A stretch of DNA of 64,000 bases from Roseateles sp. GTDB taxonomy: Bacteria > Pseudomonadota > Gammaproteobacteria > Burkholderiales > Burkholderiaceae_C. Location of the stretch: the NCBI RefSeq assembly GCF_965229315.1, contig NZ_CBDDJA010000002.1, positions 1,053,960 through 1,117,959 on the forward strand, given 5' to 3'. Below, piece after piece: positions 51,641 through 63,548 of the stretch. The notes beneath the pieces are model-generated. The model did not search any database. It was not told the origin of the DNA and worked only from the letters and a program-made list of their open reading frames with translations. A program made the position numbers and the translations under genes. Each line of letters starts with the position of its first letter. Position 1 is the first letter of the stretch.

Positions 51641-52786
51641 ATGAAACTGTTCAAGCACCTCGCCCTTGCCGCCGCCGCCAGCCTGGCCCTGGGCGCCCAG
51701 GCCGACATCAACGTCGGCGTGACCGTCTCTGCCACCGGCCCGGCCGCGTCGCTGGGCATCCCCGAGAAGAACACCATCGCGTTGATGCCGACGACCATCG
51801 GCGGCCAGAAGGTCAACTACATCGTCCTGGACGACGCCTCCGACACGACGACAGCCGTCGCCAACACGCGCAAGTTCATCACCGAGAACAAGGTTGACGT
51901 CGTCATCGGCTCGACCGTCACGCCCAACTCGCTGGCCATGATCGACGCCGTGTCCGAGAGCGGCACGCCGATGATCTCGATGGCCGCCTCGGCGCGCATC
52001 GTCGAGCCCATGGACGCGAAGAAGAAGTGGGTCTTCAAGACACCGCAGAACGACATCATGATGACGCTGGCCATCATGACCCACATGGCCGACAACGGCG
52101 TCAAGACCGTGGGCTTCATCGGTTTTGCCGATGCCTACGGTGAAGGCTGGTGGGGCGAGTTCCAGAAGATCGCCGCGACCAAGAAGCTCAACGTCGTCGC
52201 GAGCGAACGTTACAACCGCACGGACACGTCCGTCACCGGCCAGGTGCTCAAGCTCGTGGCTGCCAAGCCCGACGCCATCCTCATCGCCGGCTCCGGCACG
52301 CCCGCCGCGCTGCCGCAGAAGGCGCTCAAGGAGCGCGGCTACACCGGCAAGATCTACCAGACGCATGGCGTCGCCAACAACGACTTCCTGCGCGTGGGCG
52401 GCAAGGACGTGGAAGGCACGCTGCTGCCTTCGGGCCCGGTGCTGGTCGCCGCCCAGCTGCCGGCCGACCACCCGGTGAAGAAGAGCGCGTTGGACTACAT
52501 CGCCAAGTACGAAGCCGCGAACGGCAAGGGCAGCGTGTCCACCTTCGGCGGCCATGCCTGGGACGCCGGCCTGCTGCTGGCCGCCGCCGCGCCCGAAGCG
52601 CTGAAGAAGGCCCAGCCCGGCACGCCGGCCTTCCGCGCGGCGCTGCGTGATGCGCTGGAGAACGTGAAGAACGTGGCCGGCGCGCACGGCGTGTTCAACA
52701 TGTCGCCGCAGGACCACCTGGGCCTGGACCAGCGCGCCCGCGTGATGGTCACCATCAAGGACGGCGCCTGGGTGTTGATCAAGTAA
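51641..52786 (+). CDS. ABC-transporter periplasmic substrate-binding protein (LivJ/branched-chain amino-acid type)
   Basis: Signal peptide MKLFKHLALAAAASLALGAQA and a type-I periplasmic binding-protein fold pattern. Confidence 0.88.
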   Translation: MKLFKHLALAAAASLALGAQADINVGVTVSATGPAASLGIPEKNTIALMPTTIGGQKVNYIVLDDASDTTTAVANTRKFITENKVDVVIGSTVTPNSLAMIDAVSESGTPMISMAASARIVEPMDAKKKWVFKTPQNDIMMTLAIMTHMADNGVKTVGFIGFADAYGEGWWGEFQKIAATKKLNVVASERYNRTDTSVTGQVLKLVAAKPDAILIAGSGTPAALPQKALKERGYTGKIYQTHGVANNDFLRVGGKDVEGTLLPSGPVLVAAQLPADHPVKKSALDYIAKYEAANGKGSVSTFGGHAWDAGLLLAAAAPEALKKAQPGTPAFRAALRDALENVKNVAGAHGVFNMSPQDHLGLDQRARVMVTIKDGAWVLIK

Positions 52787-52881
52787 GCGCTGGGCCGCGG
52801 CGCCCGCCGCGGCCCCCAGCCGCCCCGTGCCGGGGCGGCTTGTCGAACGGCCGGCCTGGTGCGCGGCCCTGAGGATTTCAG

Positions 52882-54930
52882 ATGGCAGTTTCCACACTCC
52901 AGAGCTACATCGCCGGCCGCTGGGTCGGCGAGCGAGCGGCCAAGCCGCTGGCCAGCGCAATCAACGGCCGCGTCGTCGCCTACACGCACGAGGAGGGCCT
53001 GGACTTCGCCGAGGCCATGAGCTTCGCGCGCGGCACCGCGCTGCCCCGCCTGCTGCGCACGCACTTCCAGGACCGCGCCCGCGTGCTGAAGGCGCTGGCC
53101 ACCTACCTGATGGAGCGCAAGGAGCAGCTCTACGCGATCAGCGCCCACACCGGCTCCACGCGCAGCGACTCGTGGATCGACATCGAAGGCGGCATCGGCA
53201 CCTTGTTCGCGTACGCCTCCATCGGCGGCAAGGACCTGCCCAGCAGCAACGTGCTGCATGAGGGCCCGACCATGCGGCTGGGCGCCAACAACCACTTCAT
53301 CGGCAGCCATGTGATGGTGCCCAAGCGCGGCGTCGCGCTGCACATCAACGCCTTCAACTTCCCCATGTGGGGCATGCTGGAGAAGTTCGCGCCCAGCTTC
53401 CTGGCCGGCATGCCTTGCCTGGTCAAGCCCGCCACGGCGACGAGTTATGTGGCCGAGGCTTGCGTGCGGCTCATCGTCGAGTCCGGCTTGGTGCCGGTCG
53501 GCGCGCTGCAGCTCATCGTCGGCGGCACGGGCGACCTGTTTGAGCGGCTGGATGAATCCGATGTCGTCACCTTCACCGGCAGTGCCGACACCGCGCTGAT
53601 GCTGAAGGCTCACCCCAACCTGCTCAAGAAGAGCATCCCCTTCAACGCGGAAGCGGACAGCCTGAACTGCGCCATCCTCGCGCCCGACGTGACGCCGGAC
53701 GATCCGGAATTCGACCTCTTCGTCAAGGAAGTGGCCCGCGAGATGACGGCCAAGGCCGGCCAGAAATGCACGGCCATCCGCCGCACCATCGTGCCGGCCA
53801 ACCTCGTCGATGCCGTCGCCACGGCGCTGAAGGCGCGACTGTCCAAGACGGTGGTGGGCGACCCCGCCGTCGAGGGCGTGCGCATGGGCGCGCTGGCCAG
53901 CAAGGCGCAGCAGGCCGATGTGGCCGAGCGCGTCGCGCAACTGGCACAGAACTGCGAGCTGCTGTTCAGCGAGCGTGATGGCTTCGCGCCCAAGGGCGAG
54001 GGCGTCGGCGACGGCGCCTTCTTTGCGCCCACGCTGCTGCTGGCGCGCGACTCCGCCACCAGCGACGCCCATCACCTGGAAGCCTTCGGCCCGGTGACGA
54101 CGCTGCTGCCCTACGGTGATTTCGACGAGGCGCTGCACCTGGCGACGCTCGGCCGCGGCAGCCTGGTCGGCACCATTTGCACGAAGACCCCGGCGCTGGC
54201 CGCGCAGGCCGTGCCGACCTTCGCGGCCTGGCATGGCCGCATGCTGGTGCTGGACCGCGAGGCGGCGCTGGAGAACACCGGCCACGGCTCGCCTCTCCCG
54301 AAGCTCAAGCATGGCGGCCCCGGCCGCGCGGGCGGCGGCGAAGAACTGGGCGGCCTGCGTGCCGTCAAGCACTACCTGCAGCGCTGCGCGGTGCAGGGCT
54401 CGCCGACGATGATCTCGGCCATCACCGGCGAGTACCAGCGCGGCGGCGTCGTCACCGAGAGCGACATCCACCCGTTCCGCCGCTACTTCGAGGACGTCGA
54501 GGTCGGCATGAGCCTGCTGACGCACCGCCGCACGGTGGGCGAGGCCGACATCGTCGCGTTCGGCGGCCTGTCGGGCGACTACTTCTACATGCACTTCGAC
54601 GACGTGGCGGCCAAGGCCTCGCCCTTCGGCCAGCGCATCGCCCACGGCTACTTCGTGCTGTCGGCCGCCGCTGGCCTGTTCGTCAGCCCGGCGCCGGGCC
54701 CGGTGCTCGCGAACTACGGCCTGGAGAACCTGCGCTTCGTGACGCCGGTCGCCATCGGCGACACCATCCAGGCGCGCCTGACCGCCAAACGCAAGATCGA
54801 CCGCCCGCCGCGCGACGACCAGCCAGCCCAGGGTGTCATCGGCTGGGACGTGGCCGTGACCAACCAGCGCGGCGAGCTGTGCGCGAGCTACGAGATCCTG
54901 ACGCTGGTGGCCAAGCGGGTGGCGGGCTGA
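52882..54930 (+). CDS. paaZ: Bifunctional oxepin-CoA hydrolase / 3-oxo-5,6-dehydrosuberyl-CoA semialdehyde dehydrogenase
   Basis: N-terminal aldehyde dehydrogenase (INAFNFP, FTGS, EADSLN) plus a C-terminal MaoC hotdog domain (GGLSGDYFYMHFD); 682 aa. Confidence 0.92.
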   Translation: MAVSTLQSYIAGRWVGERAAKPLASAINGRVVAYTHEEGLDFAEAMSFARGTALPRLLRTHFQDRARVLKALATYLMERKEQLYAISAHTGSTRSDSWIDIEGGIGTLFAYASIGGKDLPSSNVLHEGPTMRLGANNHFIGSHVMVPKRGVALHINAFNFPMWGMLEKFAPSFLAGMPCLVKPATATSYVAEACVRLIVESGLVPVGALQLIVGGTGDLFERLDESDVVTFTGSADTALMLKAHPNLLKKSIPFNAEADSLNCAILAPDVTPDDPEFDLFVKEVAREMTAKAGQKCTAIRRTIVPANLVDAVATALKARLSKTVVGDPAVEGVRMGALASKAQQADVAERVAQLAQNCELLFSERDGFAPKGEGVGDGAFFAPTLLLARDSATSDAHHLEAFGPVTTLLPYGDFDEALHLATLGRGSLVGTICTKTPALAAQAVPTFAAWHGRMLVLDREAALENTGHGSPLPKLKHGGPGRAGGGEELGGLRAVKHYLQRCAVQGSPTMISAITGEYQRGGVVTESDIHPFRRYFEDVEVGMSLLTHRRTVGEADIVAFGGLSGDYFYMHFDDVAAKASPFGQRIAHGYFVLSAAAGLFVSPAPGPVLANYGLENLRFVTPVAIGDTIQARLTAKRKIDRPPRDDQPAQGVIGWDVAVTNQRGELCASYEILTLVAKRVAG

Positions 54931-55262
54931 TGGATGCCGGCAAGGCCCGCGAACTCGCGCTGGCCTTGCCCGGTGCGGTCGAGACACCGCACCACGACCT
55001 GACCTCGTTCCGACTGCCTGGCGCAAAAGCTGGAACGACGGGCCGCATCTTCGCCACGATGACGCCGGACGGTGCCGAGCTGCGCGTGTTCATCCGGAAC
55101 GACGATGCCCGCGACGCATGGATTGCCCGCGAGGCGGGTGTGGTCGAGCCGTTGTTCTGGGGCGCCAAGCGCTGCGGCGTGAAGCTGCGACTGGCGAAGG
55201 CCAGGCCCGGCTGGGTCGCTGAACTGCTGGCCGAAGCCTGGCGCGACCTGGGTGGCCGCTGA
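54930..55262 (+). CDS. MmcQ/YjbR-family protein
   Basis: LALALPGAVETPHHD..SFR...IFAT. The ATG overlaps the paaZ stop. Confidence 0.7.
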   Translation: MDAGKARELALALPGAVETPHHDLTSFRLPGAKAGTTGRIFATMTPDGAELRVFIRNDDARDAWIAREAGVVEPLFWGAKRCGVKLRLAKARPGWVAELLAEAWRDLGGR

Positions 55263-55265
55263 AGC

Positions 55266-56009
55266 TCAGCGCGCCAGCGTGCCTTCGCCGCCCGCTGTGG
55301 CCTCGGCCTTCAGGTCCGCACGGCGGGCGCCGGTGAAGCGCTTGGACCAGTACGAATCGCGCATGTCCTCCACGCGCACGGCGCTGCCGGTGCGGGGGGC
55401 GTGGATGAACTTGCCCTCGCCGACGTAGATGCCCACGTGGCTGAATGTGGCGCGCATGGTGTTGAAGAACACCAGGTCGCCGGGCTTGAGCTCGTCCTTG
55501 CGGATGGGCAGCAGCGTGCTGGACTTGGCCTGTTCATCGGCGCGGCGCGGCAGCACCAGGCCCACGCTCATCTCGAAGATATGGCGCGTGAAGCCGCTGC
55601 AGTCGAAGCCGTTCTCCACCGAGTTGCCGCCGCGCGTGTAGCGCACGCCCAGGAAGTTCATCGCCGACAGCACGAGGTCGGACGCCGTGTCGCGCACGCT
55701 GCTCAGCAGCCGCGACGGGCCGCTGGGCTCGGCGGCGTTCAACAGGCCGCGCTCGCTGAGGAAGCGGCTGACGGCGTCCTGCGTCGGCGCCTGCTGGACC
55801 GGCGCGGGCTGGGCCGTCGTCTTTGCGGAGGCCTTTGCTTCGGCGCTGGCCTGCTGCTGCAGGCTCTGGCCATAGGCGCCCATCATCGTGCCGGGCGGCG
55901 GGTTCACGGCAGCCTGGGCCACGCCCTGCGCATGCGCGGCGCAACCGGCGGCCAGGAGGCACACGGCGGCGATGCGATTCAGCAGGGCGACGGGGGAAAC
56001 CAGGTGCAT
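55266..56009 (-). CDS. NlpC/P60 (C40) cell-wall peptidase
   Basis: Signal peptide, then LGVRYTRGGNS...GFDCSGFTRH...GDLVFF......HVGIYVG.GKFIHAP catalytic Cys/His pattern. Internal ATG at 56009. Confidence 0.88.
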   Translation of the reverse strand: MHLVSPVALLNRIAAVCLLAAGCAAHAQGVAQAAVNPPPGTMMGAYGQSLQQQASAEAKASAKTTAQPAPVQQAPTQDAVSRFLSERGLLNAAEPSGPSRLLSSVRDTASDLVLSAMNFLGVRYTRGGNSVENGFDCSGFTRHIFEMSVGLVLPRRADEQAKSSTLLPIRKDELKPGDLVFFNTMRATFSHVGIYVGEGKFIHAPRTGSAVRVEDMRDSYWSKRFTGARRADLKAEATAGGEGTLAR

Positions 56010-56244
56010 TCGGGAGAACGGGGACCGGGACCAGGAGCGAGCCGCAAGCGGTCGCGATAGCGGAGGTGGGACAGCGGCACGCAGGGTATTTGGGGGACCT
56101 GGCACCGTCAATCGAAGCGGGCGTAAAGCATGTAATTATCAGGGCAAACCCCGGCATGACCGACGAAGAAGTCCGCGTAAACCCTGAATTGCATCACGTC
56201 GCCCGGGTCAGATCGCAGTCAGTGCCCCTGCTCACACTTCCCTC

Positions 56245-58155
56245 ATGACGCAGACCTACGCCGATTTCCACCGCCGCTCCTTGACCGACCGCGACGCCTT
56301 CTGGGCCGAGCAGGCCGCACGCATCGACTGGCAGACGCCGCCGCAGCAGATCTGCGATGCGAGCCGGCCGCCGTTTGCGCGCTGGTTCGTGGGCGGCACC
56401 ACCAACCTGTGCCACAACGCCGTGGACCGGCACGCCGCCGCGCGGCCCGAGGACCGCGCGCTGGTGTGGGTCTCCACCGAGGTGGGCCAGGAGCGGGTGT
56501 ACAGCTTCGCCGAGTTGCTGGCCGAGGTCGAGGCCTTTGCCGCCATCCTCGCCGCGCAGGGCGTGGTGCAGGGCGACCGCGTGCTGATCTACATGCCCAT
56601 GATCCCCGAGGCGGCGTTTGCCATGCTGGCCTGTGCGCGCATCGGCGCCATCCATTCGGTCGTGTTCGGCGGCTTCGCGTCGGTGAGCCTGGCCAGCCGC
56701 ATCGACGATGCCGGCCCGAAGCTGATCGTCAGCGCCGATGCCGGCAGCCGCGGCGGCAAGCGCATCGCCTACAAGCCACTGCTCGACGAGGCCATCGCGC
56801 TGTCCACGCACCATCCCGCCGCCGTGCTGATGGTGGACCGCGGCCTCGTGGCGTTCGAGCGTGTGGCCGGGCGCGACCTGGACTATGCCGACCTGCGCCG
56901 CCGGTACTGGGGCCAGCGCGTGCCCTGCGCCTGGCTGGAGTCCAACACGCCGAGCTACACGCTCTACACCAGCGGCACGACCGGCAAGCCCAAGGGCGTG
57001 CAGCGCGACGTGGGCGGGTACGCGGTGGCGCTGGCCACGAGCATGGACTGGATCTTCGGCGGCAAGCCCGGCGAGACCTATTTCTCCACCAGCGACATCG
57101 GCTGGGTCGTGGGGCACAGCTACATCGTCTACGGCCCGCTCATCCACGGCATGGCGACGCTGATGTTCGAGGGCACGCCGGTCAACCCTGACGCCGCGGT
57201 GCTGTGGCGCCTGGTCGAGAAGTACCGGGTCACGGTGATGTTCAGCGCGCCCACCGCCGTGCGCGTGCTGAAGAAGCACGACGCGGCGCTGCTCAAGCGC
57301 CATGACCTGTCTTCCTTGCGCGCGCTGTTCCTGGCCGGCGAGCCGCTGGACGAGCCCACCGTGCGCTGGATCGCGGAGGCCTTGGGCGTGCCCATCATCG
57401 ACAACTACTGGCAGACCGAGACCGGCTGGCCGCTGCTGACGGTGGCGCATCACATCCCCGGCGTGCAGGCCGTGCCCACGCGCTTCGGCTCGCCCGGCGT
57501 GCCCATGTATGGCTACGACGTGAAGTTGCTGGACGAGATCAGCGGCGCCGAGCTGACAGAGCCCGACCAGAAGGGCGTGCTGGTCATCGAGCATCCGCTG
57601 CCGCCGGGCGCGCTGCAGACGGTGTGGCGCGACGACGCACGCTTCGTCGACACCTACTGGAAGAGCGTGCCGGGGCGTGACCAGGCCCCGGTCTACTCCA
57701 CCTTCGACTGGGCCACGCGCGATGCGGACGGCTACACCTTCATCCTCGGCCGCACGGATGACGTCATCAACGTGGCCGGCCACCGCCTGGGCACGCGCGA
57801 GATCGAGGAAAGCATCTCCAGCCATGCGGCCGTGGCCGAGGTCGCCGTGGTGGGCGTGGCCGACGCGCTCAAGGGCCAGGTCGCCGTCGCCTTCGCCGTG
57901 TTGCGCGACCCCGGCCAGGCCTCGCTGGCGCTGGAGGGCGAGGTCATGAAGCATGTCGACGCGCAACTGGGCGCCGTGGCGCGGCCGGCGCGGGTGCACT
58001 TCGTGACGCTGTTGCCCAAGACCCGCTCCGGCAAGCTGCTGCGCCGCGCGCTGCAGGCCGTGGCCGAGGGCCGCGACCCCGGCGACCTGACGACGCTGGA
58101 CGACCCGACCGCGCTGGCGCAGGTCAAGGCGCTGCTGGGCATGGCGAACGGCTGA
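56245..58155 (+). CDS. Propionate/acetate-CoA ligase family acyl-CoA synthetase (PrpE-like)
   Basis: YTSGTTGKPKGV, GWVVGHSY, GRTDDVINVAGHRLGT, SGK AMP-binding motifs; 636 aa. Confidence 0.85.
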   Translation: MTQTYADFHRRSLTDRDAFWAEQAARIDWQTPPQQICDASRPPFARWFVGGTTNLCHNAVDRHAAARPEDRALVWVSTEVGQERVYSFAELLAEVEAFAAILAAQGVVQGDRVLIYMPMIPEAAFAMLACARIGAIHSVVFGGFASVSLASRIDDAGPKLIVSADAGSRGGKRIAYKPLLDEAIALSTHHPAAVLMVDRGLVAFERVAGRDLDYADLRRRYWGQRVPCAWLESNTPSYTLYTSGTTGKPKGVQRDVGGYAVALATSMDWIFGGKPGETYFSTSDIGWVVGHSYIVYGPLIHGMATLMFEGTPVNPDAAVLWRLVEKYRVTVMFSAPTAVRVLKKHDAALLKRHDLSSLRALFLAGEPLDEPTVRWIAEALGVPIIDNYWQTETGWPLLTVAHHIPGVQAVPTRFGSPGVPMYGYDVKLLDEISGAELTEPDQKGVLVIEHPLPPGALQTVWRDDARFVDTYWKSVPGRDQAPVYSTFDWATRDADGYTFILGRTDDVINVAGHRLGTREIEESISSHAAVAEVAVVGVADALKGQVAVAFAVLRDPGQASLALEGEVMKHVDAQLGAVARPARVHFVTLLPKTRSGKLLRRALQAVAEGRDPGDLTTLDDPTALAQVKALLGMANG

Positions 58156-58201
58156 GCGGCATTCGCACGCCAGAATCGCGCCCTTCCCACAAGGAGACGC
58201 G

Positions 58202-60181
58202 ATGAAACCCGTCCTGACCCCGTTGGCCGTGCTGGCCCTGACCTTCGCTGCCGCGACCGCACAGGCGCAGCCCAAGCTGCCCGCTCCCAACTTCCCGACC
58301 TTCGGCGCCGTGGCCGATGTCGACACCGCCTGCGATACCGGGCTGAAAGGTGCGAAACAGCGCGTGCAGGCGCTGGAGAAGCGCCGCGTCGACGCCGGCT
58401 GGCTGGCTGCCTACGACGACCTGACGGTCTACCTCGAAGACCACCAGGGCCCGACCGACTTCGTCCTCAACGTGCATCCGGACAAGGCCGTGCGCGACGC
58501 CGCGCAGGCCTGCTCGCTGCGCTGGGCCGACTTCGCCTCCAGCCTGGGCCAGAACGAGAAGCTCTACCGCGCGCTGCGCAAGGCGCCCAAGAAGGACGGC
58601 ATCGACGCCGAGTTCGTGCGTCTGGCCTCGGGCCAGTTCGAAGACAGCGGCGTGGCGCTGCCTGCGCCTAAGCGTGCGCGCGCCAAGCAGATCCTGGACA
58701 AGCTGACCGAACTGGACCAGCAGTTCAACAAGAACATCCGTGACGCCGGCACGCGCGTCGCCTTCACCGAGGCCGAACTCAAGGGCGTGCCCGCCGGCGT
58801 CTGGGAAACCGCCAAGCGCGACGACCAGGGCCGCATCCTGCTGGGCGTGGACTACCCGAGCTACGTGCCCGTCATGCGCAGCGCCGAGAGCGGCGAGGCG
58901 CGCCAGCGCATGTGGCTGGCCAAGACCAACGAGGGCGGCCAGCCCAACCTGGACCTGCTGGCGCAGATCGCGACGCTGCGCGGCGAGTACGCCAGGCTGT
59001 TCGGCTACGACAACTACGTGGACTTCAACCTGCGCCGCCAGATGGCCAGGGACGGTGCGACGGCGACCCGCTTCCTCGACTCCGTGACCGGCGCCGTGAA
59101 TGCCCGCGAGAAGGCCGAGCTGCGGGAGCTGCGCGCCGCCAAGGCCCAGCATCTCGGCACGCAGCTGGAGCTGACCCAGGTGGAGCGCTGGGACGCCACG
59201 TTCTACGGCGAGCGCGTGAAGCTGCAGAAGTTCAGCGTCGACCAGAACGCCTTCCGTCCCTACTTCCCGCCGCAGGCCAGCCTGCAGTTCGCGATGCACA
59301 TCATCGAGAAGCTGATGGGCGTGAAGTACGAGCGCGTCACCAACCCGCTCTGGCACGACGAAGCCCAGACCTATGTCGTCAGCGACGTGGCCACGGGCAA
59401 GGCCATCGCGCAGATGTACGTGGACCTGTACCCGCGCGACGGCAAGTACAACCACGCGGCGGTCTGGCCGCTGCGCGGCAGCGCCACGCGCGTCGCCCGC
59501 ACGCCGGTGGCGGCGCTGGTCGTCAACTTCGACCGCGACGGGCTGACGCTGGACGAGGTGGAGACGCTGCTGCACGAGCTGGGCCATGCGGTGCACGTGA
59601 ACCTGTCCAAGACCCGCTACGCGGCCACGTCGGGCACGACGGTCATGCACGACTTCGTCGAGGCGCCGTCGCAGATGCTGGAGGACTGGGTCTACGACAA
59701 GAACGTGCTCAAGCTGATGCAGGAGGTCTGCCCCACCTGCAAGCCCGTGCCCGACGAGATGGTGGACCAGGCGCTCGCCGCCAAGCACTACGGCAAGGGC
59801 GGCCAGTTCGGCCGCCAGCACCTGTACGCGAGCTACGACCTGGCGCTGCACCAAAGCGCCAAGCCCGAGCCGCTGCCGCTGTGGGCCCGCATGGAAGGCA
59901 CGACACCGCTGGGCTACGTGCCCGGCACGATGTTCCCCGCCGGCTTCGCCCACATCGCCGGCGGCTACGGCGCGGGCTATTACGGCTACCTGTGGAGCCT
60001 GGTGGTCGCCATGGACCTGCGCACCGCGTTTGCGGCCGACAAGCTCAGCCCGGAGGTGGGCAAGCGCTACCGCGACCTGGTGCTGGGGCAGGGCGCGCAG
60101 AAGCCGGCGCCGTTGCTGGTCAAGGACTTCCTGGGTCGTGAATCGAACTCGCAGGCGTTCTTTGACTATCTGAAGAAGTAA
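58202..60181 (+). CDS. M3A-family zinc metallopeptidase (thimet oligopeptidase / Dcp-like), secreted
   Basis: Signal peptide MKPVLTPLAVLALTFAAATAQA. LLHELGHAVH zinc site and EAPSQMLE downstream Glu. Confidence 0.88.
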   Translation: MKPVLTPLAVLALTFAAATAQAQPKLPAPNFPTFGAVADVDTACDTGLKGAKQRVQALEKRRVDAGWLAAYDDLTVYLEDHQGPTDFVLNVHPDKAVRDAAQACSLRWADFASSLGQNEKLYRALRKAPKKDGIDAEFVRLASGQFEDSGVALPAPKRARAKQILDKLTELDQQFNKNIRDAGTRVAFTEAELKGVPAGVWETAKRDDQGRILLGVDYPSYVPVMRSAESGEARQRMWLAKTNEGGQPNLDLLAQIATLRGEYARLFGYDNYVDFNLRRQMARDGATATRFLDSVTGAVNAREKAELRELRAAKAQHLGTQLELTQVERWDATFYGERVKLQKFSVDQNAFRPYFPPQASLQFAMHIIEKLMGVKYERVTNPLWHDEAQTYVVSDVATGKAIAQMYVDLYPRDGKYNHAAVWPLRGSATRVARTPVAALVVNFDRDGLTLDEVETLLHELGHAVHVNLSKTRYAATSGTTVMHDFVEAPSQMLEDWVYDKNVLKLMQEVCPTCKPVPDEMVDQALAAKHYGKGGQFGRQHLYASYDLALHQSAKPEPLPLWARMEGTTPLGYVPGTMFPAGFAHIAGGYGAGYYGYLWSLVVAMDLRTAFAADKLSPEVGKRYRDLVLGQGAQKPAPLLVKDFLGRESNSQAFFDYLKK

Positions 60182-60194
60182 TTTGTTGGGTGGG

Positions 60195-60425
60195 GTGGGG
60201 CGCAGGAGGTCGGGTGGGCCTGATGCTCCATGTCCCCCGGCCGCTGCGCGGCCTCCTCCTTTACTTGCGCATCAGGCCCACCCGCCCTCCTGCTTGCGCG
60301 GCGTCCGGTTTCTAGGACGAGGCCGTCCGGTAGATGGCCGGGTTGCGGGGGTGTGCAATTGCGCAGGTCAAGGAGGAGGGCCGGCTTGCCGGCCCGGGGG
60401 ACACGGAGCAATTGCACACCGCCGC
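60195..60425. repeat. Nested inverted-repeat array in a convergent intergenic region
   Basis: GCGCAGGAGGTCGGGTGGGCCTGATGC pairs with GCATCAGGCCCACCCGCCCTCCTGC. TCCATGTCCCCCGGCCG...CCTCCTCCTT is repeated inverted as AAGGAGGAGGGCCGG...GGGGGACACGGA. GGTGTGCAATTGC pairs with GCAATTGCACACC. Confidence 0.75.
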
Positions 60426-60450
60426 GGGCCGACCCAGCCGAATCGTGGCG

Positions 60451-60927
60451 TCAGCTTGCGCAGCTACCCGACCCGCAACTTTGGCTGGCGCCCTCGGCCG
60501 CTACCTCGCGGCACTCGCCGGTCGCCGGGTCGAAACCGCGCTGCGCCATCGTGAACACCAGGGCTGCGTCCATCATCTCGGCATGCTGCGGAAACCACCC
60601 GGCCAGCTCCGTGCGCAGGATGTTCAGCGGCTCGCGGTCGTTCAGCTCGTTGGCATAGCGCAGCGCCTCGCGCATCACGTTCAGCACCATCGCGTGCTGG
60701 CTGGCGTGGCAGTTCTGCGGCTCGAAGCCGCAGCGGGCCATCCAGTCCTCCTCCATCGCGAAGTGCGCCTCGGTGTGGGCCAGCAGCGCCTGGTAGGCGG
60801 GCAGGGCGTCGCCGCCGCCATCCAGCGCGGCGCCGAAGGCGTTCAGCAGGTCGACGAACTCGTGGTGGGTGGTGTCCAGCGTGGGCTGGTTCAACGTGAG
60901 GGAATCGGTCCAGGCGAGCGTGGTCAT
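60451..60927 (-). CDS. Bacteriohemerythrin-like protein
   Basis: LDTTHHEFVDLLN...HTEAHFAMEE.WM...H...H metal-ligand spacing. Unusual Cys/Ser/Gly C-terminal tail SCGSGSCAS. Confidence 0.83.
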   Translation of the reverse strand: MTTLAWTDSLTLNQPTLDTTHHEFVDLLNAFGAALDGGGDALPAYQALLAHTEAHFAMEEDWMARCGFEPQNCHASQHAMVLNVMREALRYANELNDREPLNILRTELAGWFPQHAEMMDAALVFTMAQRGFDPATGECREVAAEGASQSCGSGSCAS

Positions 60928-60971
60928 GGCGCAATGCTAGGCAGGCGGTGATGCAGGTGTCTTGACAGGGC

Positions 60972-62369
<1,398 letters not shown>

Positions 62370-62438
62370 GGGAAGAATCACGGCAGGAGACGCGCAAAAT
62401 GCGGCGCAGCCCCCGATTATCGGACGCGACCCAGCCCC

Positions 62439-63548
62439 ATGCCCTTCTTCAAGCGCCGCGCCGAGCCCCGACACAGCGTCTGGCAAGACTCCATCCAGGT
62501 CAGCCAGTGGCTGGGCTTCGCGCCGACCGAACTGCCCGCGCTGCCGGCGCTGAGCACCGTGCCGCTGCTGGACCCGACCCGCGCCTTCGACGTCTGCCAC
62601 GTGGGCCTGGTGCTGCGGGCCGTGCTGGGCGTGCAGATGCTGCTGGCGCTGGGCGCGGCGCTGATCGCGCGCGACGCCGGGCAGTGGGTCACGCTGACCG
62701 CCAACGGCACGGTCGTGACGATGTTCGCCGTGCTGTCCTGGCTGCTGGTCGTCTGCGCGGCCAAGCGGCTTTGGCCGCGGCTGCCCGAGCCCGCGCAATG
62801 GCTGGCGCTGCCCGGGCTGGGGGCGGTCGCCGCGCTGCTGGGTTTCGGGCTGTTGAGCCTGACGAGCGACGAGCCGCCCGGCGCCTGGCGGCTGTTCAGC
62901 ATCGCCGCGGCCGGCGCCAGCGGTGCGGCCATGCTGCTGGCCTGGCTGAAGCTGCGCGAACACACGCAGCGCCCGGCCGACGCGTTGGCCCAGCTCGTGG
63001 AACTGCAGTCGCGCATCCGGCCGCATTTCCTGTTCAACACGTTGAACAGCGCCATCGCGCTGGTGCAGATCGACCCGGCACGCGCCGAGGGCGTGCTGGA
63101 GGACCTGGCCGAGCTGTTCCGCGTCGCGCTGGCCGACGCGGCCGAGTCCGTCACGCTGGCCGAGGAGGTGGAGCTGGCCAAGCGCTACCTCGCCATCGAG
63201 CAAATCCGCTTCGGCAGGCGGCTGCGTGTCGTCTGGCACCTGGACCCCGAGGCCGATGGCGCGCGCGTGCCGCCGCTGCTGCTGCAGCCGCTGGTGGAGA
63301 ACGCCGTGCGCCACGGCGTGGAGCCCAATGACGAGGGGGGCGAACTGGAGGTGACCACCGTGCGGCGCGGGGCCGAGGTCGAGATCCGCATCATCAACAC
63401 CGTCGGTGCGCCGGCACGCACCACCGGCCATGGCCTGGCACTGCGCAACGTGCGGCAGCGGCTGAAGCTGATGCACGACGTCGCGGCGCGTTTTGACATC
63501 GACGCCAGTGACAGCCGCTTTTTCTTGCGCATACTCGTGCCGTTATGA
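62439..63548 (+). CDS. algZ: LytS/AlgZ(FimS)-type sensor histidine kinase
   Basis: TM-rich N-terminus, then [13 protein letters not shown] (His_kinase 5TM-associated domain) and [14 protein letters not shown] ATPase motif. The argH-divergent arrangement matches the Pseudomonas argH/algZ/algR locus (from memory). Confidence 0.85.
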   Translation: MPFFKRRAEPRHSVWQDSIQVSQWLGFAPTELPALPALSTVPLLDPTRAFDVCHVGLVLRAVLGVQMLLALGAALIARDAGQWVTLTANGTVVTMFAVLSWLLVVCAAKRLWPRLPEPAQWLALPGLGAVAALLGFGLLSLTSDEPPGAWRLFSIAAAGASGAAMLLAWLKLREHTQRPADALAQLVELQSRIRPHFLFNTLNSAIALVQIDPARAEGVLEDLAELFRVALADAAESVTLAEEVELAKRYLAIEQIRFGRRLRVVWHLDPEADGARVPPLLLQPLVENAVRHGVEPNDEGGELEVTTVRRGAEVEIRIINTVGAPARTTGHGLALRNVRQRLKLMHDVAARFDIDASDSRFFLRILVPL

